A stretch of 63,684 nt of DNA, counting the filler, from Octopus bimaculoides (taxonomy: Eukaryota): assembly GCF_001194135.2 (NCBI RefSeq). It is 4 parts of 4 records of this genome, joined end to end, with 100 filler letters (N's around TTAATTAATTAA, not from the genome) between each part and the next. Parts side by side here need not be neighbours in the genome. Positions count along the whole stretch, not along the records: positions 1 to 23,164 come from NC_068994.1; 3 more parts are not named here. The stretch is one strand, 5' to 3'. Position 1 is the first letter of the stretch, and each line of letters begins with the position of its first letter. Below the pieces are notes generated by a model. The model saw only the letters and a program-made list of their open reading frames with translations. It did no database searches and was not told the origin of the DNA. Positions 12,255 through 23,264 of this stretch are shown one piece after another. A program made the translations under genes and the position numbers.

Positions 12255-13200
12255 TACCTTTCACTCTGCAAGAGAGTCCTTTTGATGCCAGCAAGGGTAG
12301 TAGCTTTCTGAACTTCCTCCATCCATGCTTTCCCCTACCTCATCTTTATACCCAGGTTTTTGCCAGTCACTGTGATCCCCACTCCCTACTTGCATCTTCT
12401 TGGCGATACCTGTGTATATTATGACCTCTATACCTTGAGGGCATGCCCCTGGCAACCGCCACCATTTATCTCTTCTTCCTCACCCTACCATCACATCTAT
12501 GCTCTGATCCTTGTTACTTGTATGTCCTAGCATTTCATCACCATCTCTCTCCTGCATTCTCTTGCTGTTTACCACTCTCTCTCTCTTTCCCTTGCTTTTC
12601 CCTATGACTGGGTAACTATGTATCTCCGTTACAGCAGCACATCTGTTTCTGCCTTCATTCTTGATCACTCTGTCTCCTTCTCTTGCTTTTCCTTCTGGCT
12701 AGATAACCAAGTATCTCCTTTACATCAGCACACCTATTTCTGCCCTCTTTCTTGTGCCTCTCTCTCTCTCTCACTGGGTAACCATGAATCTTCTCTATAG
12801 CAAGACACCTATTTCTGCCACTCTAAAACTTTCATCATCTAACACAAGACCATCTCCTCCAATGCCCCCTCCCATCTCAAAATTTCTTGTCTTGCAAGCT
12901 ACTTGGTGACTCTTGTCAGTGTTGATGCCACGTAAAACGCATCCAGTCCACACTGTAAAGTGGTTGGCATTTGGAATGGCATCCAGCTGTAAAAATCCTG
13001 CCAAAACTAACCTTGCTTGTGCTAGTGCCACATAAAAAGCACCGAATCCACTCTGCAGAGTGGTTGGTGTTAGGAAGGGCATCCAGCTGTAAAAAAACCT
13101 GGCAAATCAGACACAGTAACCTCAGGTAATCATGTACCTGGCTGCCTCCTGTCAACTGCCCTACCCACACATGGAAGACAGACGTTAAACGATGACGACG
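12255..13200 (+). mobile_element. ~0.95-kb pyrimidine-rich non-autonomous element ending in the RTE-type tail; related minus copies ~480-690 and ~56590-57230
   Basis: No coding capacity; three internal repeats start at 12608, 12699 and 12774; duplicated GCCAC.TAAAA.GCA..CAGTCCAC.CTG..AAGTGGTTGG unit; tail GGAAGACAGACGTTAAACGATGACGACG. Confidence 0.6.
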
Positions 13201-13244
13201 AATGGACCCCATTTCATTTTTTTTTTTCAAAGCTTGCTACTTAT

Positions 13245-14035
13245 TTAATTGGTCTCTTTTGCTGAACCCACTCAGTTATGGGGACATAAACACACCAACA
13301 CTGGTTATCAAGTGGTACTGAGGGACAAATGCAGACACAAAACATACATATATATACATGATGGCTTCTTTGTTTCCATCTACCAAATCCACTCACAAAA
13401 CTTGTTGGCCCGAGGCTATAGTAAAAAGCACTTGCCCAAGGTGCCACTCAGAGGGACTGAAACTGGAACCATGTAGTTGAGAAGCAAGCTTCTTATCACA
13501 CAGCTGTCTTGTTTTATTAAGCTACTCTTGCGTTAACAAGATTGTCAATAATACTGTTTTTCAAGTTAATCAAGCAAAAGTATGGATTTTCTAAAGTTTT
13601 AAATTATATTTTTGAATATCTGTAGTGCACTTAGATACTTGTGATACAAAATTAGACATTTCTTTAAATGTGGGCATAACCAGGTTTTTGATCAAAAGGG
13701 TACACATTCTTAAAATCAGTCTATCCATAGATGTCAAATTTGTCTATATGTATACAGGCATGGCTGTGCAGTTAAGAAGCTCACTTTGCAGTCACATGGT
13801 TCCAGGTTCAGTCCCACTACACTCCACCTTGGGTAAATGTATTCTACACTAACCCTGGGCTGACCAATGCTTTGTGAGTAAATTTGGTCAATGGAACCTG
13901 CATGGAAGCTTGTTGTGCATATGTGTGTTCTCCCACTCACAGTTTGATAAGCAGTGTTTTGTTTACATCTCTGTAACTTAGTGGTCTGGGTACAAGAGGC
14001 TAATATAAGTATTGGGGTCAATTTCTTTGACTAAA
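13245..14035. mobile_element. Two SINE family A copies in divergent orientation (13245-13505 minus, 13755-14035 plus)
   Basis: Both match the family A consensus and both are CpG-decayed. Confidence 0.85.
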
Positions 14036-14769
14036 CCAGGCATGGGCAAACATTTTTCAGAAATGGGCCACATAAGACATGACCATCATCAGGTGGGCTG
14101 CACGACTAAAAAAAATTCAAGGTAATTTTTTATTGGTGTGCCATTCAGAAAGCCCCGAGTGCTACATTTAGTCCATGAATGGATAAATCCTTGGATTGAA
14201 GTCCAATAAGTGAAAGAAGTAAAACAAAAGATGTATGTTATGTACAAATATGCAACTGGGAGTGGAGTCATTCAATCCTATCTCACCCTGCTAATGTATG
14301 TCATCATCATCAACATTTAGCATCTGTTTTTCATGCTGGCATGGGTTGGATGGCTTGACAGGAACTGGCAGAGCCAGGGGCTTCACCAGGTTCCACAGTC
14401 TGTTTTGGCTTGTTTTCTATGGCTTGATGCCCTTCCCAATGCCAACCATGCCAGAGTGCACTGGGTGCTTTTTACATGGCACCAATACCCACACCAATGC
14501 TTTTTACATGGCGCTTTGGTTCTAGGACCTCAATTCTGTTGTGGTTGTAGAAACACTTGGAGAATGAAGTAAATTGGTTTGTCAGGAAGGACAGGAAAAG
14601 TTGAATGTTTCAGGTAAAACACTTTGTAAGGAAGAAATGTTTTTTGTTGATTCCAAATACCATAAATTGAAAATAGTTTCCTCAGATCCTACTGTTTTAT
14701 ATTACAAGTCAGGATCAGCAAAGGTTTACTACCTTTTTACCACAGGTCTGAAATATAAATGATATCCAT

Positions 14770-15015
14770 TCTAACCACAGCTCCAGTATTTCGGGCATGT
14801 AGCACGAACAACTGAAGAAAGAATCATAAGACAGATCTGACAAAGCAACCTAGCAGGAGACAATGAGTGAGATGATTGGATAATATTCATTGCCTCATAT
14901 GGTCTTGCCTAGGGATCTGGCAGGAACGATTACTGACAGTTGTTTCTGATATGACTTTATGAAGTGTGTCTGAGGACACTGCTGCTAAGGCCTGCCAACT
15001 ATGAAGATGGATGGT
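14770..15015 (+). mobile_element. Expander/Rex3-like (RTE clade) LINE 3' fragment, degenerate
   Basis: QYFGHVARTTEERIIRQI...LDNIHCLIWSCLGIWQERL...LRTLLLRP across frameshifts resembles the recalled Rex3 end RW.D.I..L.WSRLG....LL..LPPRP. Confidence 0.55.
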
Positions 15016-15442
15016 ATTTTGTGTTATCACATCTATGAGACAGTCTCAAGGTCCTCAGATTTCCTTCTTGTAATATTTCACACCAAGAATTCCTTAGTTT
15101 GCTATATTATGCATGTTTGTACGTGTGTGTGTATGTATGTGAGTGCAAATATGTGTGTGTATATATATATATATATATATGGTGGAGGAAGGGAATATTC
15201 AGCAAAATTTCAAAAATTGCTTTCTTTTTCTTAAAAGTATATTTGAAACCTCATCTTTATCCATGCAAAATCTACAGCTTAATTCACACTCTTTCACAAT
15301 GAAATTGATGGGTTGGCAATAAATAAGAGAGGAATCTCTTGACTTTACATGCTCCTTGAATCAAGTCAGTTTTTCCAACACACATCAGTGGTTGCCAAGT
15401 CAATGACAACAGAGCCTCTATGCTACTGGTGGGAACCCTCAC

Positions 15443-15493
15443 CTACACTCAAATTTGAAATGACCTACATATGAAGTTCTCTAAACACTTCAT
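15443..15493 (-). other. Candidate 51-nt exon (possible alternative C-terminal exon of the ZNF gene)
   Basis: Acceptor ttttatttctttcag| at 15494-15496 and donor ag|gtgagg at 15442; phase-0 reading MKCLENFICRSFQI*. Confidence 0.4.
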
Positions 15494-16065
15494 CTGAAAG
15501 AAATAAAAGTTGTAAACCTCAATACTAATACAGTTACTTTAATACATCATATTTACTCATGTATAAGTTGCACTATTTTAGACTTGATTTTAAAGAAAAA
15601 AACTGGGTTGTGACTAATATACAGAGCAAAGCTGAAATCAAGTTTGATTATGGAAGTAAAAATTTTTGTAGGAAGATTTAACATCAAAATAGGAGTGCGA
15701 CTTATAGAGAAGTAAATATGGTAATTTTTTTGGAGGGGGACAAATGTTGTCCACAACTTCATAGGTTTCTATATACCTGTCCACAACCTCCATGGATTGT
15801 TACATACCTGTAATTCACCTCAGGTCCTCAAAAGGAATCTCACCTATGCCCTATACCTACAAAAACACAACAATAAAAGAGAAAAAGATTCACAGGCACA
15901 AATGAATATTTATTGTCCGAGCAGAAAATGAAATTAATGAAGAAACAATGGTAGAGACATCAGCTCCCTTGGTGGTTATATAGTTCCAATGTCTTCCAAG
16001 GGATCTGGTATATTTCTGTCTCATTGAGTGGGTATATGCATAGACTGGGTGGTATAGTTGTATAC

Positions 16066-16096
<31 letters not shown>

Positions 16097-17580
16097 TAAC
16101 GTGTACATACATATGTACACATACACACATGCACAAGTGAGTGCACATATGTATGTATATGTGTATATATATATATGTGTGTGTGTGTATGCATATGTAC
16201 ATATATGTATAATTTTGTAGAAAGAAGTCAATGACTATGAGCCTACTATGTATGTGTATACACACGTATCTATATATATAAAATACATATACACATACAG
16301 TTACTTATACAAATGCATACATACATGCTTATATATATGCACACACATATGTATGTATATGTGTGCGTGTGTATATACATATACACATATACATACATAT
16401 ACACAAATTTTTGTTGATAGACAGATAGATAGACAGACAGAGAGGTAAGTAGATACACAGATGCACTAGTTAACACTATCTATTCTAGAGACAGGAGTTG
16501 TTCACTAAGATCAGGTAGGTATTGAGGCAAGTAAATTGCTGTCTTACCCAACAAACAATGATTGTTGCAAGGTTTTTGTGATGATTTCAGCACCAATTGC
16601 ATAGTTACTTAGCAAAGAAGGGAAGAAATTTGTTGATATATATGTGTGTGTACACACACACACACATACAGATATTATACACGCATACATATACATACAC
16701 GCGTGCACACACACACATAAAACAAAGTAAAAAAAATCTAGTTTGTAAATATTGTTATGTTGCCTGTAAAGTGTGCCATGTGATAGCTATTCTCTAGTTA
16801 AGGATTTATTCAAAACAATGGGATTAGAGTGTACCATAATGCTGTCATTTTTAGGTTTGGAAAGGTGGAGTGGAAGGAAGAAAAAAAAAGACAACACAGA
16901 CTAATAGTGTGTCTCTCTCCTTCACCACTGAGCAGTACAACAAATGGCATGAATGTTACCACCACCACCACCACTACCACTTTCATCCATTATCATCAAC
17001 AAGAATGATTTAAAGATTTCTTTTTTCTACGACTCAAGGCCCAAGGTTTATAGGTGGCAAAAGGAGAAGCTGTGATATTCATGGATTTCCCAACGATGTA
17101 AAACAAATTAACATTATAAAAGAAAACCAGACAGCTCCTGCAAAGATGAAACTGATATACCATTATGCCAGCCACTGTATTTATTATTATTATTATTATT
17201 AATAATAAGTGTCTCTTTACATTGGCACAAGATACCCGATTTGTAAGGTGGGGGGAAAGTGTATATTCAGTTGAAATTGAGACTCCAGCAGGATTTGAAT
17301 TGAGAAATTGGAATAGGGAAAAACCTAAAAACTACAATAGAGTCTAGGTTACCTCAAATAATAATAAAAATGGTTTCAAATTTTGGCACAAGGCCAGCAA
17401 GTGCGGAGGGGGATAGTTGATTACACTGACCCCAATACTCAACTGGTACTTATTTTATCCACCCTGAAAGGATGAAAGGCAAAGTCAATCTTGGCAGAAC
17501 TTCAACTCATAAAGTAAAGACAGACAAAATGCTGCTAAGCATTTTGCCTGGGGTGCTAATGATTCTGCTAGCACATTGCC

Positions 17581-17624
<44 letters not shown>

Positions 17625-18236
17625 CGTCAACACTGACCCCAACTGGAAAAGAAAGTGAACACTTTCAGTTTGAAATCCCCTCACACACAAACAATACAAC
17701 ATACACACATTAATACACATTATGCATATACACAGCTAAAATGATACATTGTCTCATACCATGATGAAATGATTGATCGGAGGAGGAAAAGAGTTTGGTA
17801 ATGAATAATGGAGATGTGGGAAGGGGGGCAATGCTAAGAAGAACACACTGGTGGCATAGGGGGTGGAACAAAGGCTGGTGTGGCAAAATTTGGATGAAGC
17901 TTTTGTTCCAATGAAGAGGGATGGGGTGTTTACACAGCCACCTGTGCAACCCTTTATTCTCTCTGAATGAGTGTGTGTGTGTGTGTGTGTGTGTGTAAAT
18001 GTTGGTGATAAAGCAGAAAGGGGAAAAGCGGTTTTTATAGTTGAGAAAATGGTTGTTAAACCCTGCGTAAAATTATAGTGAAGGGAGTGGGAATCAGTGT
18101 GATAGTATGAAAAAAGGTACAATATGTACACTAATTGAAATATTTTGGACAACAGTTTTAAAAAAGTTTTTTTCTACACACACACACTCACCCTGTGTAC
18201 AACAACATATGTGGATGTGTGGGTTCATGATGTATA

Positions 18237-18280
<44 letters not shown>

Positions 18281-18906
18281 TACATGTACATATACGCATG
18301 CAAACACACAGAAACTGTGTTGCTTCCTTTTTTATTTTTTTTTAATTCTTAAAGGATTTTGTCTAGTACATATAATTGTGTGTGTGTGTGTATACATACA
18401 TACATTATTTCTACCATAGAGACAAGGCCTGAAATTTTTCAGGAAGGGGCCAGTCAATTACAGTGACCCCGGTGCTCAACTGGTACTTATTTTATCAACC
18501 CTGAAAGTATGAAAGGCAAAGTTGACCTTGGTAGCATTTGAACTCAGAATGTAAAAACCTGGAAGAAATACTGCTCAGCTCTCTGCCTTTGTTTACACAC
18601 ACACACACATGCACACGCACACACACACAAGTATGTAGATACATATATATGTATATGTGTGAATGGATGAAAAAGAAAGTAACCATGCAGATAGACACAT
18701 ATACACACACATTAAAGTGTGTATAACACATATCTGCATTTGTGTATATATATATACACACATGTATGTATGCCTGTATTTGTGTATAGATGTAAATGAA
18801 TAAGTGGTTCTATGTATCTATGCATGCAGGCATGCATTACACGCTGACAAAAAAGATTCTCTACTCATGTGGATAGTAAATTACAAAATACCAGTTAAAA
18901 GAAAAG

Positions 18907-18946
<40 letters not shown>

Positions 18947-20091
18947 CGTTCTGATTTTGGCACAAGGCCAGATATTTTGAAGTGGGATAAGGGTAGTCAA
19001 TACCATTGACCTCAGTACATGACTGGTACTTTATTTAATCTACTCCAGAGGGATGAAAAGCAAAGTGAACCTCGGGGAATTTTGAACTTAGAATATGAAA
19101 GAGCAAGGAGAAGTACTGCAAAACATTTTGACCATTGCTCAAATGATTCTGTGATTCCATCGCTATTAACAATAATTGTTTCTTAGACAGGCNNNNNNNN
19201 NNNNNNNNNNNNNNNNNNNNNNNNNNNNNNNNNNNNNNNNNNNNNNNNNNNNNNNNNNNNNNNNNNNNNNNNNNNNNNNNNNNNNNNNNNNNNNNNNNNN
19301 NNNNNNNNNNNNNNNNNNNNNNNNNNNNNNNNNNNNNNNNNNNNNNNNNNNNNNNNNNNNNNNNNNNNNNNNNNNNNNNNNNNNNNNNNNNNNNNNNNNN
19401 NNNNNNNNNNNNNNNNNNNNNNNNNNNNNNNNNNNNNNNNNNNNNNNNNNNNNNNNNNNNNNNNNNNNNNNNNNNNNNNNNNNNNNNNNNNNNNNNNNNN
19501 NNNNNNNNNNNNNNNNNNNNNNNNNNNNNNNNNNNNNNNNNNNNNNNNNNNNNNNNNNNNNNNNNNNNNNNNNNNNNNNNNNNNNNNNNNNNNNNNNNNN
19601 NNNNNNNNNNNNNNNNNNNNNNNNNNNNNNNNNNNNNNNNNNNNNNNNNNNNNNNNNNNNNNNNNNNNNNNNNNNNNNNNNNNNNNNNNNNNNNNNNNNN
19701 NNNNNNNNNNNNNNNNNNNNNNNNNNNNNNNNNNNNNNNNNNNNNNNNNNNNNNNNNNNNNNNNNNNNNNNNNNNNNNNNNNNNNNNNNNNNNNNNNNNN
19801 NNNNNNNNNNNNNNNNNNNNNNNNNNNNNNNNNNNNNNNNNNNNNNNNNNNNNNNNNNNNNNNNNNNNNNNNNNNNNNNNNNNNNNNNNNNNNNNNNNNN
19901 NNNNNNNNNNNNNNNNNNNNNNNNNNNNNNNNNNNNNNNNNNNNNNNNNNNNNNNNNNNNNNNNNNNNNNNNNNNNNNNNNNNNNNNNNNNNNNNNNNNN
20001 NNNNNNNNNNNNNNNNNNNNNNNNNNNNNNNNNNNNNNNNNNNNNNNNNNNNNNNNNNNNNNNNNNNNNNNNNNNNNNNNNNNNNNNNNNN

Positions 20092-20141
<50 letters not shown>

Positions 20142-20419
20142 CATTTACATTTATAGTTCTTAAATGAAGACGGAGAAGACTACATCTCCAGAAAAGAACT
20201 ATCTATAATAAATACATGGGTATATATGTATGTATGTGTGTAAGTATGATGTATTTTATGCATAAGACATGTGTTCATTCATGTTCCTGATAAGTATTGC
20301 ACTTCAAATGAATATGCCACCTTGGTAATTAGAGGGCAATGTTTCCAATTCTACATTATAGGAAGGGACAGGCCCATACCTATCAGGAGGTAAATGGGGA
20401 AGGGTGTTAGTATTAGTAA

Positions 20420-21290
20420 TGTTACAATTTCATTTTTGGTTTTGTTGTTGAAAATGGTGCTGCTACTTATTCTTGTTCAATTGCTGTTTTTTTCTTTACT
20501 GCTGTTGGTACTGTTAATGCTGTTTTATTGCTGTTCTGTTTTTACTGCTGCTGCTGTCTGTTTTTGTTGTTTGACTGCTGTTGTTGCTGTATTTTACAGT
20601 TGTTACTGTTTTTACTGCTACTGTTTTTTGTGGCTTTACTGCTGCTGTTTCTGTTTTTATTGCTGTCAATGCTGTTTTATTGCTGTTATTTGTCTTTGCT
20701 GCTGCCATTTCTGGGGGAGTTTTGGATGTTTTATTGCTGCTGTTTCTGTTTTACTACTGTTGTTGTTGTTGTTGGTTTAGTGCTGCTGCTGCTGTTGTCA
20801 TTTAATTATTGCTGCCATTACTATTATTGAATTACACTCCCTGCAATCGCATTCATTGCTACAGCTCAAGATGTTGTAGTTGTTACAATTACTGCAAGGA
20901 TGTTGCAAATGCAGCAGTTATTGTTGTTGTCATCACTTCCAACCTGTTGATACTAGCCATTGTTGATGACATCAGTTGTTGCTTTTATCTCTGCTGGTGG
21001 TGTTATTGCAGTTGCTGTTGTAGCTCTTATTTCTATTGTCACAGCTGCTATTTCTAGCACTGCAGCTGCTGTTTTGGCTCTTAACATATTTGCAGTTATT
21101 CTTTAAAGTGCTGCAGTTGTCTTTCAGTTTACTGCAGTCATTTTCTATTTTACAAATGCAGCAGCTGTATCTTAGTGTCACTTTTATACTGCAACTGCAG
21201 CTGTCATTATTTTCCTCCTGTTATAAGTAAGTTTTCTGCAGCTCACAAGCTGCAGCTAATAATGCAGTTGTTGTTCATACTGTGTTAGGT
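20420..21290 (-). repeat. Degenerate CAG/CAA/TAA triplet array in the presumptive 3'UTR of the ZNF gene, with four AATAAA signals
   Basis: Plus strand is a degenerate (CTG/TTG/TTA)n run; TTTATT (minus-strand AATAAA) at 20524-20529, 20656-20661, 20676-20681 and 20730-20735. Confidence 0.65.
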
Positions 21291-21292
21291 TG

Positions 21293-22486
21293 TTACGAGT
21301 AGAGAGCTTGCCATAAGTGATTGCTCACTTGGGAGGAGTATTCTTTCATGTTTTTGTAAGAAGAACTTTTCAGAAAGTTGTTCTGCATGAATGACATTGC
21401 AGCTGGGGTGGCATGCGGGTGGGGATGGGAATGGTTGTTGTGGTGAGCATTTCGGAACTGAGCGTGCGTTCGCTTGTGCCTTTGCAGCTTGTCTGTGCGA
21501 GCGAACTGCTTGCCACATGCCTCACAACTGAACGGTTTCTCGCCGGTATGAGTCCTCTTATGGATCTGCAAAGTGTCTCGTCTCGCAAACTGTTGGATGC
21601 AGTAGTCACAGCGGAATGGTTTCTCAAAGGTATGGGTCCTTTTGTGACAAATGAGTGTGTCGCGACGGGCAAAACGATCTCCGCAGACATCGCAGGCGAA
21701 GGCCTTCTCGCCAGTATGCGTTCGCTTGTGGATCTGCAGAGTGTCACCGCGGGCAAACTGCTGAATGCAGAAGTCGCAGTGGAAGGGTTTCTCGCAGGTG
21801 TGTGTCCTCCTATGNNNNNNNNNNNNNNNNNNNNNNNNNNNNNNNNNNNNNNNNNNNNNNNNNNNNNNNNNNNNNNNNNNNNNNNNNNNNNNNNNNNNNN
21901 NNNNNNNNNNNNNNNNNNNNNNNNNNNNNNNNNNNNNNNNNNNNNNNNNNNNNNNNNNNNNNNNNNNNNNNNNNNNNNNNNNNNNNNNNNNNNNNNNNNN
22001 NNNNNNNNNNNNNNNNNNNNNNNNNNNNNNNNNNNNNNNNNNNNNNNNNNNNNNNNNNNNNNNNNNNNNNNNNNNNNNNNNNNNNNNNNNNNNNNNNNNN
22101 NNNNNNNNNNNNNNNNNNNNNNNNNNNNNNNNNNNNNNNNNNNNNNNNNNNNNNNNNNNNNNNNNNNNNNNNNNNNNNNNNNNNNNNNNNNNNNNNNNNN
22201 NNNNNNNNNNNNNNNNNNNNNNNNNNNNNNNNNNNNNNNNNNNNNNNNNNNNNNNNNNNNNNNNNNNNNNNNNNNNNNNNNNNNNNNNNNNNNNNNNNNN
22301 NNNNNNNNNNNNNNNNNNNNNNNNNNNNNNNNGAGAATGGGGGTGGGAGTGGGCATGGAGGGACTGTGAGTGCTGGCGCAGTTCACAGCTCGGTGGTGCA
22401 TACTGCATGCCACTGCACATATCCTCTCCAGCATGATGTGCAAATGGAGGCGCAGGGGGCATGGACCCAACAACTTTCTCATTCAT
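21293..22486 (-). CDS. C2H2 (Kruppel-type) multi-zinc-finger protein; central part hidden in N gap 21815-22331
   Basis: Four complete fingers plus the end of a fifth with TGEKP-like linkers: FHCDFCIQQFARGDTLQIHKRTH, FACDVCGDRFARRDTLICHKRTH, FRCDYCIQQFARRDTLQIHKRTH, FSCEACGKQFARTDKLQRHKRTH. ATG at 22486 has an in-frame TAG 8 codons upstream (22508-22510). His/Pro-rich tracts flank the array. Frame continuity across the gap cannot be verified. No KRAB/BTB/SCAN domain visible. Confidence 0.9.
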   Translation of the reverse strand: MNEKVVGSMPPAPPFAHHAGEDMCSGMQYAPPSCELRQHSQSLHAHSHPHSXXXXXXXXXXXXXXXXXXXXXXXXXXXXXXXXXXXXXXXXXXXXXXXXXXXXXXXXXXXXXXXXXXXXXXXXXXXXXXXXXXXXXXXXXXXXXXXXXXXXXXXXXXXXXXXXXXXXXXXXXXXXXXXXXXXXXXXXXXXXXXXXXXXXXXXXXXXXXXXXXXXXXXXXXXXXXHRRTHTCEKPFHCDFCIQQFARGDTLQIHKRTHTGEKAFACDVCGDRFARRDTLICHKRTHTFEKPFRCDYCIQQFARRDTLQIHKRTHTGEKPFSCEACGKQFARTDKLQRHKRTHAQFRNAHHNNHSHPHPHATPAAMSFMQNNFLKSSSYKNMKEYSSQVSNHLWQALYS

Positions 22487-22750
22487 CTTCAGTTTGAATG
22501 CTTGTAGCTATACTCCAGCTGTACTTAAGGTGCAATTGTGCAGACCAGGTTGTTGTTTTGATGCAGCAGCCACAATTGTAACAAGCAGTTCAACAGCATA
22601 ACATACACTGAAATAGATATAAGTTCATTCCAGATGGAGTTTTCAAGGAAAGTTTCTGATGAACTTGAGAAACATCCATATTAGGAACAGTCTGGGCTGG
22701 TTATACTTGAAGGCTTCATTTCAAGAATTTCCTTTAGCACTCTTCTCCTG
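22487..22750 (-). promoter_or_regulatory. 3' splice acceptor and 5'UTR part of the zinc-finger exon, containing four uORFs
   Basis: Minus strand reads ...tttcctctttgttatttttttttcag|gagaag (CAG at 22748-22750), a long polypyrimidine tract. Six upstream ATGs give uORFs of 12, 29, 10 and 24 aa, all closing before the main ATG. Confidence 0.6.
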
Positions 22751-23264
22751 AAAAAAAAATAACAAAGAGGAAATGAAACTAAAGAGAGACTGGAAAGAAA
22801 AAAATGAATTTAGTATTTCTATGTATACAAACATACACCTGTAGGGAAGTTTCTTGGTAGTTATTTGACCCAAGCAATGATATCACAAAATCTTCCTCAA
22901 CAGACTCTTCAAAATGACAACTCTGAGATGAAGGAACTTTCTATGTAGTCAAATGAGACCAAATCTTCCCAAATATTGATTTATTGATCATGCTAAAGTC
23001 AAATTGACTTCAGCATCATCAGTGAAGGAAGCTTATAATGAACCAAAAGGTAAAAGGTCATTCTGAAAGTTCAAACCATAAGGATCTGGTGACAAAAATA
23101 AGCAGCTTTTCAATTAAATTACAACCAAAAATTTCTCTTTGCATGTTTTATACCAAACAACTGCNNNNNNNNNNNNNNNNNNNNNNNNNNNNNNNNNNNN
23201 NNNNNNNNTTAATTAATTAANNNNNNNNNNNNNNNNNNNNNNNNNNNNNNNNNNNNNNNNNNNN

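Noticed and set aside
20394-21230. Cys/Leu-rich ORFs downstream of the ZNF
   Set aside because: Products of the degenerate triplet array; open in several frames on both strands.
21413-22497. Long plus-strand and alternative-frame ORFs overlapping the ZNF
   Set aside because: Antisense or shadow frames of a GC-rich coding exon, lengthened by the gap.
23209-23220. TTAATTAATTAA between N runs (also ~44889-44900 and ~55357-55368)
   Set aside because: Identical 12-mer with stops in all six frames, flanked by similar-length N runs: a scaffolding linker, not biology.
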